A stretch of DNA of 32,000 nucleotides, taken from the NCBI RefSeq assembly GCF_000018105.1, contig NC_009925.1, positions 5,730,001 through 5,762,000 of the forward strand, read 5' to 3'. The notes beneath the pieces were generated by a model. That model was not told the origin of the DNA and ran no database searches. It was given only the letters and a program-made list of their open reading frames with translations. This stretch comes from Acaryochloris marina MBIC11017. GTDB taxonomy: Bacteria > Cyanobacteriota > Cyanobacteriia > Thermosynechococcales > Thermosynechococcaceae. Position numbers and translations under genes: made by a program. Each line of letters starts with the position of its first letter. The first letter of the stretch is position 1. Of the stretch, positions 27,353-32,000 are shown one piece after another.

Positions 27353-28640
27353 GGAACTATTTTCTGGAACAGAACCGCTGCAATTAGAGATTAAGGACAC
27401 CTTGACCCAATCCCGCGCCCGCACCCTCCAGCTTTTTGAAGGCGTTAGTGAGGAGACGTTTCGCCTGCAAGCCAATTCTGACTTTAGCCCGGTGGGGTGG
27501 CATTTGGGACATATTGGCTTTACCGAAGGACTGTGGCTTTTAGAACATGAAGCTGGATATGCCCCCCTGTTTCCAGAGTATCGGCGGTTATTTGCGGCGG
27601 ATGGCTTACCTAAGGCTGAGCGCCAAAACCTGCCCTCCTTTGCGGAAATATGTGCCTATCTAGAGCAAATCCGGAATCAAGTTTGGGACTATTTGCTAGA
27701 AGCCCCTTTAGACACTCGGGCTTGGCTATGGCATTGGTTAGTCCAGCACGAAAGCCAGCATTGCGAGACCATCACCTGGGTGCTCCAACTGCATCGCCGA
27801 CAATCCCAACCCGTTTCGTTTGTGGCCAAGGAAAAGCCATGGCCTGCTGCCCTTGTCAGTACCTCTAAAGAGAAGCCCACCCTGCCAGATCATCAAGACA
27901 TGGTTCCCATTGAAGGGGGGCAGTTTCTCTTAGGCAATGACGGTTTGGAAGCCCTCGATAACGAAAGAAAAGCCCATTGGGTTCAGGTGGATTCATTTTG
28001 GATCGATCGATTTCCCGTGACTCAAGGCCAGTATCAACAGTTCATTGAAGCGGGGGGATATCGTCAGTCCCAATTTTGGTCAGATGAGGGATGGCAATGG
28101 TTACAAGAGAATCCCGTTAACCATCCCACCCATTGGCTTGCCGAGGGGGGAGCTGATCATCCCGTCTGTGGGGTGAGCTGGTATGAAGCAGATGCCTATG
28201 CTCGGTTTGTGGGCAAACGACTACCGACGGAGGCGGAATGGGAGAAGGCAGCCTGTTGGCAGCCTAGACCTCAGGATCCACCCACCAAGCGAATCTATCC
28301 TTGGGGCAACCAGACCCCGGACAACCACCACTGTAATCATGGGGGCTTGCATTGGGGGACGACCCCCGTTCATCAGTATGCAAACGGGCAAAGCGCCTTT
28401 GGTTGTTTCGATTTACTAGGCAATGTTTGGGAATGGACCAATACCTGGTTCCATCCCTTTCCTGATTTCGATCCCTATCCCTACAAAGGCTATTCCATGG
28501 TTTATTTTGATCACCAGCATCGCATCTTAAAAGGGGGGAGTTGGGCGACCCAGGCCCCGGTTCTTAGGGGGGCCTTCCGTAACTGGTATGAGCCTCGGAT
28601 TCGAATTCATTTTGCAGGGTTTCGCTGTGCCTATGGGTGA
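27342..28640 (+). CDS. egtB: Ergothioneine biosynthesis sulfoxide synthase EgtB (DinB-like + FGE-sulfatase domains)
   Basis: The ATG at 27342 lies within the ORF-track ORF 27333-28640. The DinB-type His ligands are in GWHLGHI and QHESQHCETI. The C-terminal FGE-type domain shows PVCGVSWYEADAYARF, GNVWEW and LKGGSW. Confidence 0.85.
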   Translation: MPSKELFSGTEPLQLEIKDTLTQSRARTLQLFEGVSEETFRLQANSDFSPVGWHLGHIGFTEGLWLLEHEAGYAPLFPEYRRLFAADGLPKAERQNLPSFAEICAYLEQIRNQVWDYLLEAPLDTRAWLWHWLVQHESQHCETITWVLQLHRRQSQPVSFVAKEKPWPAALVSTSKEKPTLPDHQDMVPIEGGQFLLGNDGLEALDNERKAHWVQVDSFWIDRFPVTQGQYQQFIEAGGYRQSQFWSDEGWQWLQENPVNHPTHWLAEGGADHPVCGVSWYEADAYARFVGKRLPTEAEWEKAACWQPRPQDPPTKRIYPWGNQTPDNHHCNHGGLHWGTTPVHQYANGQSAFGCFDLLGNVWEWTNTWFHPFPDFDPYPYKGYSMVYFDHQHRILKGGSWATQAPVLRGAFRNWYEPRIRIHFAGFRCAYG

Positions 28641-28726
28641 TTGTGCGGGTTTGTTGGGGATGGTTTACAGTGGTTGGGAACCTAAGGCGACCCCTGTGTT
28701 GCCTCCCTGTTGGAGACCTCTCACCC

Positions 28727-29845
28727 ATGCTTGAGTCTGTGCATACAGAAACTCAATCCCTGTCGGCACCATCCCCCACTGACCTTCAATCTCGTTTACA
28801 GATTACCCAATTTGCCTCGGATCCGTCTTCGACCGCTAGCCAGCCCGGATTAGATGTGATTCAAGGGCTGTCGAAAACCCCAAAAACGCTCCCAGCCAAA
28901 TATTTTTACGACGATCAAGGCTCCCAACTCTTTGAACAAATCTGTGAGCTGCCGGAATATTACCCGACCCGGACCGAGACCGCTATTCTGCAGGCCTATG
29001 CAGCCGAAATCGCCACCATCACTGGCCCGAGTGAGTTAGTGGAATTGGGCAGTGGCAGCTCTACAAAAACACGGTTGCTGTTAGATGCCTATGTTGATAT
29101 GGGGCTGGCCTCCTGGTACTGCCCTATTGATGTCAGTGGCGGCATCCTCAAACAAAGCGCCATCCATTTGCTAAAGGACTATCCCACCCTCAATATTCAT
29201 GGCTATGTTGGCACCTATGAGGCTGCCCTCGCTGCGTTATCCCCCTCTCAACTGCCAACCCGAATGATTTGCTTTCTGGGCAGTACCCTAGGAAATCTCA
29301 ATCCGCAAGAATGTGAACACTTCTTTGCTGAGTTAACCCAAGCCCTGCAGCCCGGTGAGTATTTACTGTTAGGGGTAGATTTGCAAAAATCGGTTCAGCA
29401 ATTGGAAGCAGCCTATAACGATAGCCAAGGGGTTACAGCTGCGTTTAACTTGAATATGCTGCATCATCTCAATCAGCTATTTCAAGGGGATTTCCAGGTG
29501 AACCATTTCCACCATCAATCCTTTTACAACCTGGATAAACATCAGATCGAAATGCATCTTGTGAGCCAAACGGCTCAGAAGGTGAACCTAGCCGCTCTGG
29601 ATTTGACGGTTGAGTTTGAACCGGCAGAAACCATCCGTACGGAAATCTCTCGTAAATTTGATTTAGAGACCTTAAAGCAACAGTTGCGCTCCGTCTCACA
29701 GACTGGGGCTCAGGCTTCGGGAGGCGGGGAAATTGCGGCACACAAGGAATTAACCCCTTTGCGAACTTGGACGGATGCCAACCAATGGTTTGGGCTGGTG
29801 CTGTGCCAATGCCAGGAAAAGGCTCAGGTGGTCCAGGAGGATTGA
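28727..29845 (+). CDS. egtD: L-histidine N-alpha-methyltransferase EgtD
   Basis: The ORF-track ORF starts at GTG 28637, overlapping the egtB stop. The ATG at 28727 is preceded by GGAGA. Signature motifs: LPAKYFYDDQGSQLFEQICELPEYYPTRTE, ELGSGSSTKTRLLL and TEISRKF. Confidence 0.85.
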   Translation: MLESVHTETQSLSAPSPTDLQSRLQITQFASDPSSTASQPGLDVIQGLSKTPKTLPAKYFYDDQGSQLFEQICELPEYYPTRTETAILQAYAAEIATITGPSELVELGSGSSTKTRLLLDAYVDMGLASWYCPIDVSGGILKQSAIHLLKDYPTLNIHGYVGTYEAALAALSPSQLPTRMICFLGSTLGNLNPQECEHFFAELTQALQPGEYLLLGVDLQKSVQQLEAAYNDSQGVTAAFNLNMLHHLNQLFQGDFQVNHFHHQSFYNLDKHQIEMHLVSQTAQKVNLAALDLTVEFEPAETIRTEISRKFDLETLKQQLRSVSQTGAQASGGGEIAAHKELTPLRTWTDANQWFGLVLCQCQEKAQVVQED

Positions 29846-30003
29846 TGGCTGCCCCGGAGAGAAGACGGCTGAGGTATTCTGTAGACTTAAGGAGAGGCGT
29901 AGAACCGATGGGTGGTTAACATCAGGGAGGTTGCTCCTCAGTCGGGGCGACTCTTAAAGATGTTTATGATCAGCTGAAGCATTCGTTCTTTGGGAGAGAC
30001 CCT

Positions 30004-30039
30004 TCTTAAGCATGGAACAGATCTTAAGCACAGAACAGA
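30004..30039. repeat. Tandem 18-bp direct repeat (TCTTAAGCATGGAACAGA / TCTTAAGCACAGAACAGA) upstream of dnaK
   Basis: Read directly. 16 of 18 positions are identical, and the repeat lies 83-118 nt upstream of the dnaK ATG. Confidence 0.7.
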
Positions 30040-30121
30040 ATCCGTTTAGCAGGATAAAATATTAAATTCAACGGTTCACGATACAGATCGCACCAGGCTG
30101 GCGATAGGAGAAATAGAGTTC

Positions 30122-32000
30122 ATGGGCAGAATTGTCGGCATTGACCTAGGTACTACTAATTCAGTGGTGGCAGTGATGGAAGGGGGCAAGCCAGTGGTGA
30201 TTGCCAATACCGAAGGTAGCCGTACAACTCCTTCTGTGGTGGCGTTTGGCAAAGAAGGTGAACGGCTGATAGGTCAGCTGGCCCGCAGACAAACCGTCCT
30301 CAATCCCCAGAATACCTTCTATGCCTTTAAGCGATTCCTGGGGCGTCGGTATAGTGAACTATCGGCTTTTTCCAAACGGGTGCCCTATACAATTCGGCGC
30401 GACCAGGCGGACAATGTCAAAATTAAATGCCCAGCTTTGGAGCGAGAATTCGCCCCGGAAGAAGTATCGGCCATGATTCTGCGGAAACTGGCGGATGAGG
30501 CGAGCCGTTTTCTGGGAGAACCCATTACTGGGGCAGTGATTACGGTGCCTGCCTACTTTAATGATGCTCAGCGACAGGCCACGCGGGATGCGGGGCGAAT
30601 TGCGGGGTTAGAGGTCAAGCGGATTATCAATGAGCCGACGGCGGCAGCCCTGGCCTATGGACTGGACAATCAGTACAACCAGACGGTGATGGTGGTTGAT
30701 TTAGGCGGCGGGACCTTTGATGTCTCGATCCTAGATGTGGGAGATTCGGTCTTTGAAGTGCGAGCGACGGCTGGAGACACGCAATTAGGCGGCACGGACT
30801 TTGACCGGGTGATCGTCGATTGGCTGGCGGAACAGTTTCTAGAGAAAGAAAATATTGATTTGCGCCGGGAACCCCAGTCTTTACAGCGCCTGACGGAAGC
30901 GGCGGAAAAGGCCAAAGTTGAACTATCGGGCTTGCCGGAGACCAATGTGAGCCTGCCCTTTATCACGGCGACAGAAGAAGGCCCCAAACATATGGATGTG
31001 GTGTTGAGCCGGGGGCAGTTTGAGAATTTATGTGCCGATCTAGCAGAGCGACTACAGGCTCCGGTGGAGAGGGCTTTGCGGGATAGTAATCTTCGCTCCA
31101 TCGATATTGATGAAGTGGTGTTAGTGGGCGGCTCCACCCGCATCCCCATGGTCCAGACCTTGATCGGTCAGATGATCAATAAGCGTCCCAATCAGAATGT
31201 TAACCCGGATGAAGTGGTGGCTGTGGGAGCAGCGATCCAGGCTGGGATTACGGCAGGGGATTTGCAAGATATTTTCTTGTTGGATGTGACCCCCCTGTCC
31301 TTTGGCCTAGAAACCATTGGTGGGGTGATGAAGACCCTAATTCCCCGCAATACGACGATTCCCGTGCGGCGGTCTGATGTCTTTTCAACGGCCCAGGACA
31401 ATCAAAACCAGGTGGAAGTCCATGTGCTCCAAGGAGAGCGACAGCTAGCCAATAATAATAAATCCTTGGGACGATTTCAGCTGCGGGGTATTCCCCCCGC
31501 CCCCCGAGGGGTGCCCCAGGTCCAGGTGTCTTTTGATATCGATGCCAATGGCATTCTGCAAGTGACGGCGATGGATAAATATACGGGCCGAGAACAAACC
31601 ATTACGGTCCAAGGGGCGGCCAATCTGTCGGATTCTGAAGTCAACCGCATGCTCCAAGAAGCGGAGCAGTTTGCTGATAAGGATCGCCTGCGTCGGGAGC
31701 GCATTGATAAGCGGAACCGGGGGCAAGATCTGATTAGCCAATGCGATCGCAAGTTAAGAGAAATCACCCTAGATTTTGGTCCCCAGTTTGCCAGCAACCT
31801 CAGAAGGCGGGTCGAAACCCTCTCCCGAGATTTGCAAGACAGCATTAACCAGGATCAGGATCGTCAAATTGATTTGGACTATGCCAATCTCCAGGACGCC
31901 CTATACGAACTTAATCAAGAGGTGGCTCGCGTCAATCAAGAGTACTACGATGATGAAGAAGAGCTGTTCCCCTTGCCTTCCATGTCTTCCATTAGTGAGG
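30122..32000 (+). CDS. dnaK: Hsp70 chaperone DnaK paralog (3' end beyond the window)
   Basis: It is absent from the ORF track because there is no stop in the window. The ATG at 30122 is preceded by AGGAGA. The translation begins MGRIVGIDLGTTNSVVAVMEGGKPVVIAN... and includes DLGGGTFDVS and VLVGGSTRIP. The frame stays open to position 32000. Confidence 0.95.
   Translation, partial: MGRIVGIDLGTTNSVVAVMEGGKPVVIANTEGSRTTPSVVAFGKEGERLIGQLARRQTVLNPQNTFYAFKRFLGRRYSELSAFSKRVPYTIRRDQADNVKIKCPALEREFAPEEVSAMILRKLADEASRFLGEPITGAVITVPAYFNDAQRQATRDAGRIAGLEVKRIINEPTAAALAYGLDNQYNQTVMVVDLGGGTFDVSILDVGDSVFEVRATAGDTQLGGTDFDRVIVDWLAEQFLEKENIDLRREPQSLQRLTEAAEKAKVELSGLPETNVSLPFITATEEGPKHMDVVLSRGQFENLCADLAERLQAPVERALRDSNLRSIDIDEVVLVGGSTRIPMVQTLIGQMINKRPNQNVNPDEVVAVGAAIQAGITAGDLQDIFLLDVTPLSFGLETIGGVMKTLIPRNTTIPVRRSDVFSTAQDNQNQVEVHVLQGERQLANNNKSLGRFQLRGIPPAPRGVPQVQVSFDIDANGILQVTAMDKYTGREQTITVQGAANLSDSEVNRMLQEAEQFADKDRLRRERIDKRNRGQDLISQCDRKLREITLDFGPQFASNLRRRVETLSRDLQDSINQDQDRQIDLDYANLQDALYELNQEVARVNQEYYDDEEELFPLPSMSSISE
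31743..31750. repeat. HIP1 octamer GCGATCGC
   Basis: Exact match read directly. Confidence 0.95.

Noticed and set aside
26473-28419. Out-of-frame or antisense ORFs within egtC and egtB (62-111 aa)
   Set aside because: They are nested in genes with clear family motifs, and none has its own start context.
28637-28726. N-terminal 30-codon extension of egtD from the GTG overlapping the egtB stop
   Set aside because: The extension (MIVRVCWGWFTVVGNLRRPLCCLPVGDLSP) is not EgtD-like. The ATG at 28727 has a GGAGA SD. I cannot exclude translational coupling through the GTG.
29846-30121. CIRCE / HrcA operator upstream of dnaK
   Set aside because: The only TTAGCA-like string (near 30046) has no matching GAGTGCTAA arm 9 nt away.
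30670-31845. Four minus-strand ORFs (159, 69, 98 and 122 aa)
   Set aside because: They lie entirely antisense to the unmistakable dnaK reading frame. Their composition is Arg/Ser/Pro-rich, typical of a reverse-strand translation of a GC-normal gene.

Overview
This is a cyanobacterial chromosomal window. Supporting evidence: eight copies of the HIP1 octamer GCGATCGC, signal-peptide pentapeptide-repeat proteins, a CP12-like ORF, AAA_35-type ATPases and many hybrid histidine kinases. The flanks (about 1-9.9 kb and 23.9-32 kb) are roughly 50-58% GC on hand-counted 60-nt lines and look like core genome. The left flank encodes a cNMP / degenerate sigma-54-type AAA+ / 4Fe-4S membrane fusion protein, a CBS-domain hybrid histidine kinase, and an unannotated 48-aa CP12-like ORF. 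It also encodes a NodB-type polysaccharide deacetylase, a secreted hypothetical protein, two convergent pentapeptide-repeat proteins and a membrane protein. The right flank encodes a PAS hybrid kinase, an overlapping egtC-like/egtB/egtD ergothioneine cluster, and a dnaK paralog that runs off the window end. The centre (about 9.9-23.9 kb) contains no HIP1 site and is AT-rich (25-42% GC on sampled lines), so it looks like a horizontally acquired island. The island carries four things. (i) A very AT-rich three-gene cassette: an unknown polytopic membrane protein, an ATP-grasp ligase and a FemAB/GNAT-fold transferase. (ii) An IS pile-up: a transposase remnant, an IS701-family element with perfect 23-bp inverted repeats abutting an IS630-family element, and an IS1-family element with an A7 -1 frameshift site. 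(iii) Orphan AT-rich ORFs without ATG starts, including a PadR-like one. (iv) A tandem pair of AAA_35-type P-loop ATPases, one with an N-terminal HTH-like module and one fused to three GAF domains with no output domain. The best candidates for an undescribed system are the membrane/ATP-grasp/Fem-like cassette and the paired AAA_35 ATPases. Both proposals rest on motif recognition by eye and need database and structure searches. I found no CRISPR array, tRNA or rRNA.
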